A DNA stretch of 64,000 bases, taken from contig OX597838.1 of the NCBI GenBank assembly GCA_951406725.2, positions 25,172,001-25,236,000 of the forward strand. The letters are read 5' to 3'. Below, piece by piece: positions 1 through 14,878 of this stretch. Both the position numbers and the translations under genes were made by a program. The notes beneath the pieces were generated by a model. The model was given only the letters and a program-made list of their open reading frames with translations. It made no database searches and was not told the DNA's origin. Position 1 is the first letter of the stretch, and each line of letters starts with the position of its first letter. This DNA comes from Octopus vulgaris. Its lineage: Eukaryota.

Positions 1-1240
1 GGTGATGGTGGTGCTGGTGGTGGTGGTAGTGGTGGTGGTGGTGGTGGTGGTTTTGGTAATGATGATGATGGTGATGATGATGATGATGATAATGATGAGG
101 AGGAGGAGGGGATGAGGAGGAGGAGGAGGGGGAGCACACTCAAAACACAGATATAGAAACTATAAAAGCAACAACAGCAATGCAACAACAACAACACCCA
201 GAAAAAAAAAAGAAAAAAGACTTTATGAATGAGAAGATTGCAGCAGAAACGGCAGTGGTTTGTTGCTCTGTGGTGTGTCTCATACGTCCATTGGCGCAAC
301 AATACATAGATACAATATGAATATTTAAATAGATTTGTTTTAGTTTCTATATCATAATGAAAGTGTGTTGCTAGTTTGGTGGTGGTGGTGATGGTGGTGG
401 TGGTGGTGGTGGTGATGGTTGTGGGAGTGGTGATTGCCATGGTGGTGGTGGTGCTGATGGTGCTGGTGATGTTGGTGCTGGTGCTGGTGCTGGTGATGTT
501 GGTGCTGGTGCTGGTGCTGGTTGTAGTGGTGTTGGTGGTGGTGGTAGTGATGGTAGTGATGGTGGTGGTGGTGGTGTGGTCTAGTGGTGTTGGTGGTGGT
601 GGTAGTGATGGTGGTGGTGGTGGTGGTGGTTGTAGTGGTGTTGGTGGTGGTGGTAGTGATGGTGGTGCTGGTGGTGGTGGTAGTGGTGCTGGTAGTGGTG
701 TTGGTGGTGCTGATGGTGCTGGTGATGTTGGTGCTGGTGCTGGTGCTGGTGATGTTGGTGCTGGTGCTGGTGCTGGTTGTAGCGGTGTTGGTGGTGGTGG
801 TAGTGATGGTAGTGATGGTGGTGGTGGTGGTGGTTCTAGTGGTGTTGGTGGTGGTGGTAGTGATGGTGGTGCTGGTGGTGGTGGTAGTGGTGCTGGTAGT
901 GGTGTTGGTGGTGGTGGTAGTGATGGTGGTGGTGGTGGTGGTCATTTCCATTGTCATCATTGTCAAACAAGCGATAGCTGTGGTGGTTGTAATCTTAGTG
1001 GTGATGGCCTGGGTGGTGGTGGTGATGGGCCGCGGTCATTGTCGTCATTGCTATCTTTGTCATTGTCATCGTGTTGGTGGTTGTGGTCATGGTGCTGGTG
1101 GTGGTGGTGTTGGTGGTTGTGGTCATGGTGCTGGTGGTGGTGGTGGTGGTGGTGGTGGAACTGCTGCTGCTACTGTTAATCCTATCAATAATGATGATTA
1201 TTAAAGCAATGATGAGTGGTTGTTGTTGCTGTTGCTATTG
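1..1240. repeat. (GGT)n-rich compound trinucleotide repeat
   Basis: GGT/GCT/GAT triplet arrays; the ORFs here are homopolymeric. Confidence 0.9.
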
Positions 1241-2358
1241 TTTTTAGGAACAAGTCTAACCCTGATCTTGCTAAACTACAGTCAAAGGACTTAAGCAGTT
1301 TGGGATCTTATCAACGTCAGCCGCTTTCTTTGCCCAGTTGACCCAGTTGCAGACAATCAAGCCCCAACTTGCATCCCAACAGCAACCAGCCATGAATCTG
1401 GCCTCTTCATCTTAACCCTTTCGTTACCGACCTGGCTGAAACTGCCTCTGGCTTTGTAGTACAAATGTCATAAGCAAGCCAATATATATATATATCCAAA
1501 TCAAGAGAGTGGAACAGGTTAAAGCCAATAATATATATATATAACTATAAATCAGGAGGTATGAGGGGTGACTATATATTTATCTAACCATGTGACTCCT
1601 ATAAAATTATGGTTATTTGGCAACCTTCTTCATGTAGATTAATATCAGCATAGAAGAAATTATGTGCAGATGTTTGCATTAATATGTATGTGCAGCATTA
1701 TACAATGCAACTGTATATTCACAAATTAATGCAAATAAGGAAATCTAGCTCATCAGATCACAGGACCATCATGATTACACCAATAATTCAACTCTAAATG
1801 CACACACAAAATTTCCTCTTTACATACACAATGTATGGAAAGCCAAAATTGGACAGAAGTTAGATTGATTTGGTCAGTAAAAGTGAAGATATATTGTGTT
1901 GCTTCATAGTAATTAAGTTGAATTGCTAGATAGAATTCAAGGAATTGACAATCGTTAATACGAACAAGAAATAAAAATAGGCAAGTCCATAAGAGGAGCT
2001 TTCTATCATAGCTACATAATTCTCTGAATCAACATCTTAATTACTCATTTATATACATATATATATAGCTTTTGTGCTATGAAAATTCACGATTTTAACT
2101 GATTCCATAACTCTTAGAAATTTGGAACATTGCCTCATTCCTCCATCTATCCTAGTAGCAAATTTCTTCAGGGCCATACACACAGTTGCACCAAAACAGG
2201 AAGAAATAATTCAATTAAGAGATTATGCATCAGTTAAAAATAAAATTTTACAATGTACTTAATGTGTCAAAATGCACATTTTAATTATGCATATACATAT
2301 TTATATGTGTGGTTGTGTGTCTATATGTATATGTATGTAACTATACATACATACATAC

Positions 2359-2389
<31 letters not shown>

Positions 2390-2882
2390 TACACATATAA
2401 GTAGATAGATAAATACAGTTATACTCACGTATATATATATGTATGTGTACATGTATAGTGTGTGCATGTTGGTACATGTATATATACATATATATACACA
2501 GATACACACACACACATATCATCATCGTTTAACGTCCATTTTCCATGCTAGCATGGGTTGGACAGTTCGACCGGGGTCTGGGAAGCCAGGAGGCTGCACC
2601 AGGCCCCAGTCTTATCTGGCAGTGTTTCTACAGCTGGATACCTTTCCTAATGCCAACCACTCTGTAAGTGTAGTGGGTGCTTTTTACGTGCCACCGGCAT
2701 GGAGGCCAGTCTAGGTGGCGCTGGCATTGGCCACATTCAGATGGTGCTTTTTACGTGCCTCCAACATGGGTATCATAACTACAATATGTGTATGTATGTA
2801 TGTAAGTATGTATGTATTTATGTATGATTGGATATATCTATAACCGTCTATCTATATTTATCTGTCTATCTATCTATCTGTC

Positions 2883-3004
<122 letters not shown>

Positions 3005-3786
3005 TGTGTGTGTGTGTGTGTGTGCATGCACAATATGGTTGTTGTGAATAGAACAAATATTTACAAGTCTTTTAATCAAACACCCAAACAAATCTACCAT
3101 TTCCTTCAGTGATATACACAGCATCCTTTAGATTATTTTATTAAACACTTCCGAGTTTTAGTTCCAAACATGGCCATTTAGAGGTCAAATCCTGCTAATG
3201 TCAACTTAGCTGCCCATCCTTTCGGGGTTGATTACAATATACCAATCTAGAATGATGGATTGTTGGAATTCTACGAATATGGCGCAGTGTGACTTCTTGG
3301 AATATTTGTTCCCATTAAAGCGGCAAGCTGGCAGAAACATTAGCACACCGGGCAAAATGCTTAGCAGTATTTCATCTGTCTTTACGTTCTGCATTCAAAT
3401 TCCACCGAGGTTGACTTTGCCTTTCATCCCTTCGGGGCTGATAAATTAAGTACCAGTTGTGTACTGGGGTCGATCTAATTGACTGGCCCTGCCTCCCCAA
3501 AAATTTCGGGCTTTGTGTAAAGAGTAAAAAAGAATATTTGTTTTCAGTTCTTCCTGTTCTGAGTTCAAGTTCCGGCTGGTGTGCCTGAAAGTCAGGCTGC
3601 TTTCCTTTCATTCTTTCAGGGTTCAATAAAAATGTACCTATTTGGGTACTGTAAAACTGTTGGGCAGGCTTGGAATTTAACCCTTGGTCTGACTCGACCA
3701 TGTTGACACAACTATGATCAAAGGCATTCCAGCCATAACCACATAAGAGTTTTCTTTTTTGAGATCTGAGACCACATTATCTAATG

Positions 3787-4096
3787 CAGTGGTTCCCAAA
3801 GGGAGTGATATTGCCCTCCTGGAAGTGGTGTAAAGTTCCAAAGGGGCATTGAAGAAAAGTGGGGTGATGATGGGGCAGCGATTCATGTAAAAATTAGGGC
3901 TGTGATAGGGTGGCAATATATGTAAAAACAACAAAACAATGGGTTCGTTAAGTTAAGTTTTATTTATGAAATACAGTTGCTTTGAATTTGCTTCAGAAAG
4001 AGGTCTATGCTTGTGACGGTTGGTTGGGGTGGGGGCACTAGGAATGTTACCTGGGTGTCAAGTGGGTGGCAGCCCATAAAAGTTTGAGAACCACTG
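3787..4096. mobile_element. hAT-type MITE
   Basis: TIRs CAGTGGTTCCCAAA / TTTGAGAACCACTG. Confidence 0.75.
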
Positions 4097-6293
4097 TTCT
4101 TAGTGAGTCTTCCTGTTTTTTTGAAGGTGGAGTGTCTGAGTTGAAGGAGATTTGCCTGCTATTTCTAGCATTATAGGCAACTGTGCAGAGGCTACCTCAT
4201 TAACTTGTGAACGTTTGTTTGTTCTTTAATTGATGACAATGGTGTCTGGCAAGATTAATTAACAGGTCAGATAAAACAGTCTTTGATTCTTCTTTCCGTC
4301 TTTGCGTGTGTATCTATTTGAGATTCAGTATGTACATACATATGTATATATGTATATATGTATGTATGTATATATGTATGTATGTATGTATGTATATGTG
4401 CACGTATGTGTCTGTGTGTAATTATATATGTATGTATGTATGTATGTATGCATGTATGTATGCATGTATATATGTAGGTACATATGTATGTATATGTGTG
4501 TGTGTATGTATGCATGTATGTATGTATGCGGGTATGTATGTAGATACGTATGTATGTATGTATGTATATATTTATGCATCAATATATGTATGTGTGTACA
4601 TATATTCATATGTGTGTATGTACGTATGTTTGTCTGTGTGTATGTATGCATGCATGCATGTATGTAGGTACGTATGTACGGATGTGTGTATATATATATA
4701 TATGAATGTATGTATGTATGTACGTATGGATGGATGGATGGATGTATGTATATTTGTGTGCACATATGTACATCTGTGTGCATGTATGTACATATGTTTG
4801 TCTGTGCATATCTATGTATTCATGCATGCATATATGTATGTATGTACATACGTATGTATGTATATCATCATCGCTTAATGTTCGCTTTCCATGCAAGCAT
4901 GGGTTGGACGATTTGACTGAGGACTGGCGAACCAGATGGCTGCACCTGGCTCCAATCCTATCTGGCAGAGTTTCTACAGCTTGATGCCCTTCCTAATGCC
5001 AACCACTCCTAGAGTGTATTGGGTGCTTTTACGTGCCACCGGCACAAGGGCCAGTCAGCAGCCATGCTCAAATGGAGTTTTTCACGTGCCACATGCACAG
5101 GAGCCAGTCCAGCAGCACTGGCAACGACCTTGCTCAAATGTTTTTTCACGTGCCACCAGCACATGTGCCAGTAAAGCGACGCTGGTAATGATCACACATG
5201 AATGGTGCTTATATACATGTGCATGTATGTATGTATGCATGCATGTGTGTATGAACATATATATGCATACATGCACACACATCCGTATATGTGTATAGGT
5301 GTGTGCATGCATGTATTATCAGTACACCTTAGTGTGACCCCAAAAAACTGTTATTGCCAGTTGGTCTCGTTAAGTTGCAGCCAGTATAATAAAATATGTG
5401 TATTCAAAATTGTTCCCATAAACGAACTTAAAGGGTATATATATGTAAGTATATATATATAGGCGCAAGAGTGGCTGTGTGGTAAGTAGCTTGCTTACCA
5501 ACCACATGGTTCCAGGTTCAGTCCCACAGCTTGGCACCTTGGATGAGTGTCTTCTACTATAGTCTCGAGCCGACCAAAACCTTATGAGTGGATTTGGCAA
5601 TGGAAACTGAAAGGAGCCCATCATATATATATAAGTTAAACAAAAGGAGTGCTCCTTTTGTTTAACTCAGAACCTGCAATTCGTTTGGATCTGGAGTCTA
5701 TAGACAGCAGTGCAATAGGTGCAGTGAAAGCATCCATGTGTGACCTTGATGACTTGTGTATTCAGACAACTATTTGTGAATGCATGCATAACCAGTGTAC
5801 AAATTCCTGTTTATGCTAGATAGTATGTATTCATTGTTATACATTGTAACTGACCTAACATTGGTGCTTAACTATTTAAGTATTTGTTTCTTGTGAATCC
5901 TGGAAATTTTTTAGGAGTGGCTGTGTGGTAGGTAGCTTGCTTACCCAACTACATGGTTCCGGGTTCAGTCCCACTGTGTGGCATCTTGGGCAAATGTCTT
6001 TTACTATAGCCTCAGGCCAGCCAAAGCCTTGTGAATGGATTTGGTAGATGGAAACTGAAAGAAGCCCATCATATATGTGTGTGCACATGCGCACGTGTGT
6101 GTGTGTGTGTGTGTGTATGTTTGTGTGTCTGTATTTGTTCCTCCAGCATTGCTTGATGACTGATGCTGGTGTGTTTATGTCCCTGTAACTTAGCGGTTCG
6201 GCAAAAGAGACCGATAGAATAAGTACTAGGCTTACAAAGTATAAGTCCTGGGTTCAATTTGCTTGACTAAAGTCAGCGCTCTAGCATGGCTGC

Positions 6294-6610
6294 AGTTCCA
6301 AAGGGGCATTGAAGAAAAGTGGGGTGATAATGGGGCAGTGATTCATGTAAAAATTAGGGCAGTGATAGGGTGGCAATACATGTAAAAACAACAAAATAAT
6401 GGGTTTGTTAGGTTAAGTTTTATTTATGAAATACAGTTGCTTTGAATTTGCTTTAGAAAGAGGTCTATGCTTGTGACGGTTGGTTTGGGTGGGGGCACTG
6501 GGAATGTGGCCTGGGTGTCAAGGGGGTGGGAGCCCATAAAAGTTTGGGAACCACTGTTCTTAATGAGTCCTCCTGTTTTCTTGAAGGTGGAGTGTCTGAG
6601 TTGAAGGAGA
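6294..6610 (+). repeat. 317-bp local copy of 3834-4150 inserted in a SINE tail
   Basis: Same length as the source, offset 2460 bp at both ends; includes the MITE right end plus its flank. Confidence 0.85.
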
Positions 6611-6915
6611 AACAAGTAAAAGAATATATATATATATATATATATATAAATAGGTATGTATGTATGTTTGTATGTATGTTTTTATGTATGTGTGTGTGTG
6701 TGTGTATGCATGTAGGAATGCTCGTATATATATGTATGTGCATGCATATGTGTGTGTGTGTATGACTGCCACTGTCACCAAGGCCCCACCACCACCAGCA
6801 CCACTGCTACCACAACTATCATCACTAGAGCAATTCTGGGAGCTATTTCCTGTTCCTGGATTGCAAGCACCTTCATAACAAATTCCTTTGTGGGTTGAGC
6901 ACAGCAGCAGCGACA

Positions 6916-7320
6916 GGAAGCGCAATGGCCCAATGGTTAGGGCTGCGGACTCGCAGTTGGAGGATCATGGTTTCAATTCCCAGACTGGGCATTGTGTGTG
7001 TTTATTGAGTGAAAACACCTAAAGCTCCACAAGGCTGCGGCAGGGGAGGGTGGCGACCCCTGTTGTACTCTTTCGCCCCAACTTTCTCTCACTCTTTCTT
7101 CCTGTTTCTTGTCCCTGACTTCCTACGCAACCGCTGAGCCTGGATGCGCATTCATCCATCCATCGATGCTCTCGGTGTTGGGGGTTGACCAGCTTTCTCT
7201 TCTGCGGGTCTTACGAATAGCAAAGGACCACATTTCGGACTTCTCCCACTACAGAGGCACGATCTTGCGAGCTCTGGGACGAAGACCTATTCACTCAACA
7301 GCAACAGCAACAGCAGCAGC
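6916..7320 (+). mobile_element. tRNA-derived SINE, further family
   Basis: TGGCCCAATGGTTAG A-box and GGTTTCAATTCC B-box; (ACAGCA)n tail. Confidence 0.6.
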
Positions 7321-7744
7321 AATGACAGATAGGGTGGAAGCTGGAACAATCCTCGTCGCTGCCACTAATGTCTTCAGATACTGCAAAGATGTGATCTGAT
7401 AGGAATCTTCAGATCTAAGCAAGAAAACATGAAAGAGAAACTGTAGGAGGTGAACAGAGCCAGCAGGTTCTTAGGCCAGACATGGGCAAAGTCTTTGATG
7501 ATGTCAAGTGCAGCAAAACCGTTTTAAATGTTGAAGTGCTTTGGTGATAGCAGTGGTTGGGTGTGTGCGTGTGTGGGTTGATAGTAATGGTGGTGGTAGG
7601 TGGTGGTGGTGGTGGTGGTGGTGGTGGCGGCGGCGGCGGTGGTGGTGGTGTCTGTGGTAGTGGAGTTGAGTGTAATGATACTGATACATGCAAACAGACA
7701 TATGTATGTATATCTATTGACCTATCTGTTTGCCTGTCTGTTTG

Positions 7745-7781
<37 letters not shown>

Positions 7782-7809
7782 TACACTCTCTCTCTCTCTT
7801 TCTCTGTGT

Positions 7810-7848
<39 letters not shown>

Positions 7849-7856
7849 TGTGTGTG

Positions 7857-8010
7857 TATAGGAGAAGAAAATGTAATATAATAACAAGGAGAAACCCGTG
7901 GTTTTCGCTGGTATGCCTTTAATTTAATTAGATAACAAAGAAGTAGGAAAGTATACCAGTGAAAACCATGATTTTCCTATTGTTATTACATCCATTTTAT
8001 TCTCCTATAT
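7857..8010. repeat. Diverged fold-back element next to (TG)n
   Basis: TATAGGAGAA...GTGGTTTTCGCTGGTAT mirrors ATACCAGTGAAAACCAT...TTCTCCTATA. Confidence 0.7.
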
Positions 8011-8452
8011 AACCTAAATTATGGTTTACCAACCAAACCACCTGCTACCAAACAAATTTATGAAAGACTGTACCTTCCCAGGTAATAACCAGGAGCAACT
8101 TTGGATTGAGTTATCACTTAGAGATAATAAACCCGAATGAATTATCCTTTGTTTACAGCTAACATGGAAAATTCTATAAACAGTTACCAGGGTAGCAAAA
8201 TTCACGCAAGTAACAAGTATGTCGACAGTAAAAGAATTTGAATAACACCTGCGCTCAACTCCATTTATTTACTTATACATACATACATACATACATACAT
8301 ACATACATACATACATACATACACATATATATATATTTGTTCCACGTCCTCGCGTTGTTGTGTTTTCTCTTTGTGTTTCCATGTTTGGATTAACTATATA
8401 TATATATATATATATATGCTGTGGAATCACAATAACTTGAGAGACTTATATA

Positions 8453-8582
8453 TCATGCATTGTGTCTCCAAGCAATCCTTTCCGGTTCAAATACACAACA
8501 TGGCTGGTCTTATTTCAAAATCAAAGGACAAAAGTCTATGAGAAAACATGAGAAAAAACAAGAAGGTAACTATGAAAGTTGG

Positions 8583-8616
<34 letters not shown>

Positions 8617-9389
8617 GTTTAACATCCATTTTCCGTGCTAGCATGGGTTGGACGGTTCGACCGGGGTCTGGGAAGCCAGGGGCTGCACCAGGCTCCAGTC
8701 TGATCTGGCAGTGTTTCTACAGCTGGATGCCCTTCCTAATGCCAACCACTCCGCGAGTGTAGTGGGTGCTTTTTATGTGCCACCTGCACAGGTGCCAGGG
8801 AAGTCTGGCATCGGCCATGATCGGTTGGTGCTTTTAACGTGCCACCGGCACGGAAGCCAGCCAAGGCGGCGCTGGCATCGGCCACATTCGGATGGTGCTT
8901 TTTATGTGCCACCGGCACAGAAGCCAGTCGAGGAGTACTGGCAACGGCCACATTCGGATGGAGCTTTTTATGTGCCACCGGCACAGAAGCCAGTCGAGGC
9001 GGCACTGGCAACGGCCACGTTCAGATGGTGCTCTTTATGTCCCACCGGCACAGAAGCCAGTCGAGGCGGCGCTGACAACGGCCATGTTCAGATGGTGCTT
9101 TTTATGTGCCACCGGCACAGAAGCCAGTCGAAGCTGCGCTGGCAACGGCCACGTTTGGAAAGGAAGAAAACCAATGGGACACAACACTTGGTTTTCTTTC
9201 CTTTCATTCTTTTTCCATATCCATTTACCTTTTGTTTTTCTTTCCGCCTTTTCTCATTCCACCTTTTGTATTCACCTTCTTCTTGCTTTTTCTCATGTTT
9301 TCTCACAGACCAGCATCATTTCGAAGTTTTCAAATAAGACCATGTTGAGTATTCGAGTCTGAGGGACTGCTTGGAGATGCAATGCATGA
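8453..9389. repeat. Fold-back element (arms about 115 bp) split by the RTE-derived insertion
   Basis: 8453-8567 mirrors 9275-9389. Confidence 0.65.
8586..9155 (-). mobile_element. RTE 3'-end-derived repeat with about 6 internal 66-67-bp tandem units
   Basis: (CAT)n tail; unit GTGCTTTTTATGTGCCACCGGCACAGAAGCCAGTCGAGGCGGCACTGGCAACGGCCACGTTCAGATG. Other copies near 2519, 4866, 22630, 25075, 30487, 35500, 36855, 39671 and 56746. Confidence 0.75.
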
Positions 9390-12300
9390 CATCACATGAT
9401 CACATGACTGACCAGGCTATCAGATGTTGGTCTCCAGTTCGCTGAACTGTAGAAATGATGTTGCAACATCACTGGTGCCCAAGCTGTATCAGCCTTTGCC
9501 TTTCTCTTGGATAACATCAATGGCATGGAAAAGGAAGGCTGATATGCATGGGTGATTACTGAATTTCCACAAAACAACCTCGCCTGACTTGTGCCTCGGA
9601 GGGCTAATCACATGATCATTCATGACCGAAGGGGGTCTTAACCGTTTTGATATATACTAGTCTGTGTATCATATTTAAAGCAGATATATTGTTGTAAGCC
9701 TAATTAACTGAGGCATTCAGTCTGAGATTGTATCTCATATTGAAGCACAATATTAAAAACATGCATAAGTATATTAGTAGAAGACAAAATCGTCCAGTAG
9801 CGAGGGTGACATTACTAAAAATGCATTTCTGCCTCCTTAGGCTTCATCAGTGACAAATATCCACTGGAAATTGCATGCTAAGACTGAATCTACTGTTACT
9901 GATATAAGAAAACAGTGACTGAAAAATCACTGATGCTGCAAGCAGCCAACAGGCAGAATAAAAATTCATTTAGGGTTTTTTTTTATTATTATTTAAAGTT
10001 GAGGTTTTCATTCTCTTTGCTATCCCAAATTTAAAGAAAGAAAATTAACTTTTCTGCCCCAAGAGGAGCGGAGAGGAGGAGGAGGGAAGAAGGCAGAGGA
10101 CGAGAATGGGGAAAAGAGGGGGGTGGAGAAAGAGAGGAAGAGGCAGAGGAGAAGGAGGAGGAGGAGAGGTTACAGGGAACTAAGGAAAGATCAGAGCTCC
10201 ATTGAAATACCACAAACTTTCTGAATGAGCATGCAAAGGTGAGCAAGAGAGAGAGAGAGAGATAGAGAGATAGACAGACAGACAGGCAGGCAGACAGGCA
10301 GACAGACAGACAGACTGAAAGAAAGAAAGAAAGAACTGTTATTGTGTTTGCATTGGAATGGTGTATTGTTTGTTTGCCTTTTGTTTTATTATTCATTGTC
10401 CTTTTTTTATCAAACAAATCTGGTTTTCTTTTTTTAAATTTTCTTTGAGGAATTTCTCTACACCTGGAATTAAAACTAAGAAATTGGTTAAATAAATAAA
10501 TTTTACAAAATAAATAGATCAAAGAGTCCCTTCCCTCTCCGAAAGAAAAGAGCCAATGACCGGACGAACCAATTGTGATGTAGCAAGTTGATGAAGAAAT
10601 GAAACCATTTAGATTCTTGGTACAATTGCTTAATTAATTAATTACTTAAATAGCGGTTGTGGTGGTGGGGGTGAGGGGTGGAACTTACATTTTTTTTGTT
10701 TTTTGCTGTTGTTTTTTTTTTGTTGTTGTTTTTTTATGGTGTGAGTGTGAGTGAAGGTCAACAGCAACGCCACAAAATAGGCAGCAAAAAGTTGACTTGA
10801 ATGACTCCCTTCCATGCCCCTGCCCCACCACTCACACACGAAACCACCACCACCCTACCACCACCACCCTTCACCCCTGTGTCTTGGAATGGAAAACGAA
10901 AAGGTGGTGGCGGCGGCAGATTTTTTTGGGGGGGTAGAGGTGTTGGTGGGGGGTAGAGGTGTTGGTGGGGGGGTAGAGGTGTTGGTGGTTTTGGTAGTGC
11001 TGGTGGTGGTGGTGGTGGTGGTGGTGGTGGTGGTGGTGGTTTCAGAGTTGTTAGCTGAAGTGGAGGGATTTGATTAGGAAGGTCGTTGGAGGATGGGAAT
11101 GGATGATAGAGGTGAAGTGAGGTGTGGGTGGGGTTGGGGGTGAAGGTTTTTGCGGGGGAGGTGGGGGGTTGAGTATCTGAAATTGGTTTCAATCAATGAA
11201 GATGCAGAATTAAAATGTTTTAAAACGATTCCACATTGAACTTGGTTGTCTTCTGACTCAGTGAATTGTTGAATAATGCAGAAAGAAGGAAGAGAAAGGC
11301 AGGGGTGGGAGGTGGGGGCTAAAGAGAGACATACAGACAGACAGAAAGAGAATGAAAGAGAGAGAGGACGGGAAAAGATGAAGAGAGAGACAAGAAGAAA
11401 GAGAGAGAGAGGGGCAGAAAAGGGAAAGAAATTAAGGGAGACACAGATAGAAAAAGACAGACAGGTAGAGAGAAAAAGAAGACAAGAAAGACAGAGTGAA
11501 ACAAAAGGAGAGACAGACAGACAGAAAGAGAGAGTGACAGGTAGAGAGAAAGTGAGAAAGACAGGTAGACAGAAAGAGAAGGAGAGAGAAAAAGATAGGG
11601 AGAGATAGAGATTGATAGAGACAGACAGAGAAAAAGAAACAGAAAGAGAGGAAGAGAGAGAAAAAGAGAGAGAAAATGGGAGAAAAAGAAAGAGTACAAG
11701 AAGTGCAATAGAAAGAGAGAGTAAGAGAGAGTGAGAAAAGAGTGGAGTAAGATCAGGGGAAAAAATGTGAAAGAAAGTAATTCCTTCATTTAAATTAGGT
11801 TAATTTTGTTAATTAATCAATTTAGAAAGAATGAATTTTAAACTTACGTATGGTTAGTGTATTGCTAAGTTTATTTCTACTTTTGTATTGTTTTTTTTTT
11901 AATTGTATTTCTGTGTGAATGTGTGTGTGTGTGTGTGTGTACAGATGTGCATGTGTGTATTGCATGCATTTCTATATCTGTGTGAGTTTGCTGAAGTATG
12001 TCTGCTCCATGTATTCCATGTGAGTTTTAGGTGCAAATTTCTGTGTACGTGTGTTTACGTGTATCCGTGTGTGTGTGTGTGTGTGAGCATGCAAGAAAGT
12101 ACTGGAGTCGATTTGCTTAACTAAACCCTTCAAAGCAGTGCCCCAGCCTGGCCGTAGTGGAATGACAGAAGCAAGGACTCTAAGTAAGAGAGATATGTTC
12201 TCCCAATATCTGGGAGTCCGTGTGAGAAGTAAAAATCCTTCCTGAACTCTTCTCCTGATATATATATCAAACCAATGGAAAATATGACCACATAAACTTG

Positions 12301-14272
12301 AAAGCAAAACAAAAATAAAGGTGAGAGACAAGTATACTAATTAATAGAAAGGATAGAGGAACAGACATGAATAAACTCATTTCATCAGCCAACTTTTATC
12401 CAGAGTCTTTACAGTTTCAGCACTTGGAAAAAGTTGGTATCTTTCATCTGGAAAACATCTAGGTTCAAACAAAATTAAATGAGGACAAGTCTTATGGCTA
12501 AAAGCATACAAAGTATTATAAAAAGAAAAAAAATGAAGAAAAAATGTCAAGTCTTTTCTAAGGAAAACAAACAGAACAGACTTAAGAAAGGTGCAACAAA
12601 CAAGAACAAATGGATATAGAGTATAAACAAAGGTGTCTTGCAACTTTTAGGTAGATATAACTTGGACAGAATGAAATATTTGATAGTCAGTGCTATTTTT
12701 GTGAGACAAAAACCGAACAGAAAGGAGTGGTGGATATAAGCAGGAGTGGGTAGCAAGGAAGGTAGAGAGTAAGAATGAGAGAGAGAGAGAAAGGACAAGA
12801 TAGAGCAGACAGGGAGAAAACTTGTGTGAGTCACAATGAGAGAAAACAAGTTGATTATGACATAAAATATACTAGAAAGGAAAATCAAAATAACAGTGAA
12901 AGACTTGTGCAATAATTAATAAAAAGGACTAAAAAAACATGGATGAACCCATTTCATCATCAGCCGAATTTTTGTCCAGAAGCAATATGATTTTGGCACC
13001 TCTTCTCTGTCTCACTATCTTTACTATCTCACATACCACCTTCGCCCTTTTTTTCTCTCTATTTCACTGTCTATTTTGCATTGATATATTGTCGTCGTCG
13101 TTTAACATCTGCTTTCCATGCTGGCATGGGCTGAATGGTTTGATTGAGGGCTGCGATGTTACTGTTTGTTACTAACATCGCATTTTGGCCTCACCTAGTT
13201 TTCTCTCATTGATACATTCATGTATCAAATTTCTCATGATGGGTTCATTATAAGTTGATTATGCCATACCCTCTGCAACGCTACAGCTACTAACTGGCAC
13301 TTTACATATAAACTTTCACCCCTGTAACACGGACCATAACCAATAAACCCACCACTAAAGTTCTATGGAAACTCAGTGTGAACTACTGCCTAAAATTATC
13401 CTTCCTGCAAAAAATTCCTCCTGAGAACGATTATATTCACCTACCCACCACTGGATGAAATAACGTGGATCTTAAAATATATTACAGGAAGTCTGTATCT
13501 TATTTCCTCTTGCTATACTCTTTACTTGGATAATTCTCCTTTGGAAACATGGGTGGTTCGTTCAACATCTTTAAACAACCCTTATTCAGGAACCTTTTGA
13601 GCGGGATGGGTTACTTGACCAGAAGAAAATTCTAACTGGGCCCCACCTGCAAGGTCATGCACTGTTTATCTTAATATGAGATCACCATGTCGCGCACATA
13701 TGGTTGTGATGCATGTGCCTGGTGTACCCTTATCAGATGGGTAGTCATGATGTAATTTGTAAATTTTACCCCAGTGTCACTTTGATGGCATGCACTGCTC
13801 TCTCACTCAATAATGATAATAATAATAATAATCCTTTCTACTATAGGCACAAGGTCTAAAATTTTGGAGGAGTGGGGTCAGTCGATTACATCAACACTCA
13901 GTGTTCAACTGGTACTTATTTTACCACCCCTGAAAGGATGAAAGGTTAAGCTGACCACAGCGGAATTTGAACTCAAAACATAAGGATGAACAAAATGCCG
14001 CTAAGCATTTTGCCTGGCATGCTAATGATTCTGCCAGCTTGCTGCCTTAATAATAATAATAATAATAATAATCCTTTCTACTAAAGGTACAAGGCCCGAA
14101 ATACTTGAGGAGGGGAGTCATCAATTACATCGACCCTAGTGTTTCACTGGTACTTAATTCATCAGCCCCAAAGGGATGAAAGGCAGAATTGACCTCAGCA
14201 GAATTTGAACACAGGACAAAAAAGGATAAAATACTGCTAAGCATTTCGCCCAGCATACTGACGATTCTACTA

Positions 14273-14313
<41 letters not shown>

Positions 14314-14783
14314 TGATGATGATGATGATGATGATGATCTCTTTATTGACCACAAGGGTTTACATGAAGAAAAACATTATGGACAGCACAGGACAAAACA
14401 AAAAACGTGTGTGTGTGTGTAGTTGTGAGGGTTTTGCATGTAAACAAGACTCATAAAATTAATAAAATGATGATGATGATGAATAAAATGTCAAATGTTT
14501 TGGTGTACAACTTTTGGCCCAGCTTGCATATACATTTGCACACATAATTATGTTGTTTTGTTCTTCTCCTATCTCTCCCCCATCTCCCCCTGTTCACAAC
14601 TCTGCCTCCTCCCTCTTCTTCTTCTATTACTCCCTGTCTATCTTCCTCTCCTTCCTTCTTTCTTTGTTTTTCTTCAGAGTTTTTTTTTCTTTTCACACTT
14701 CCCTCCTTACTTATTTCCTTTCCCTCTTCTCTCTCGATTACAACAACTGTAGTAAGGCTGTTGACATGAAGTAATACAGCATG

Positions 14784-14878
<95 letters not shown>

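Noticed and set aside
352-1204. Long Gly/Val/Thr/His-rich ORFs (also 32390-33183 and 10758-11192)
   Set aside because: All frames are open only because of (GGT)n triplet repeats; no splice or domain evidence.
8766-9155. CRISPR-like array
   Set aside because: Units are similar along their whole length with no unique spacers; it is a tandem repeat in an RTE-derived element.
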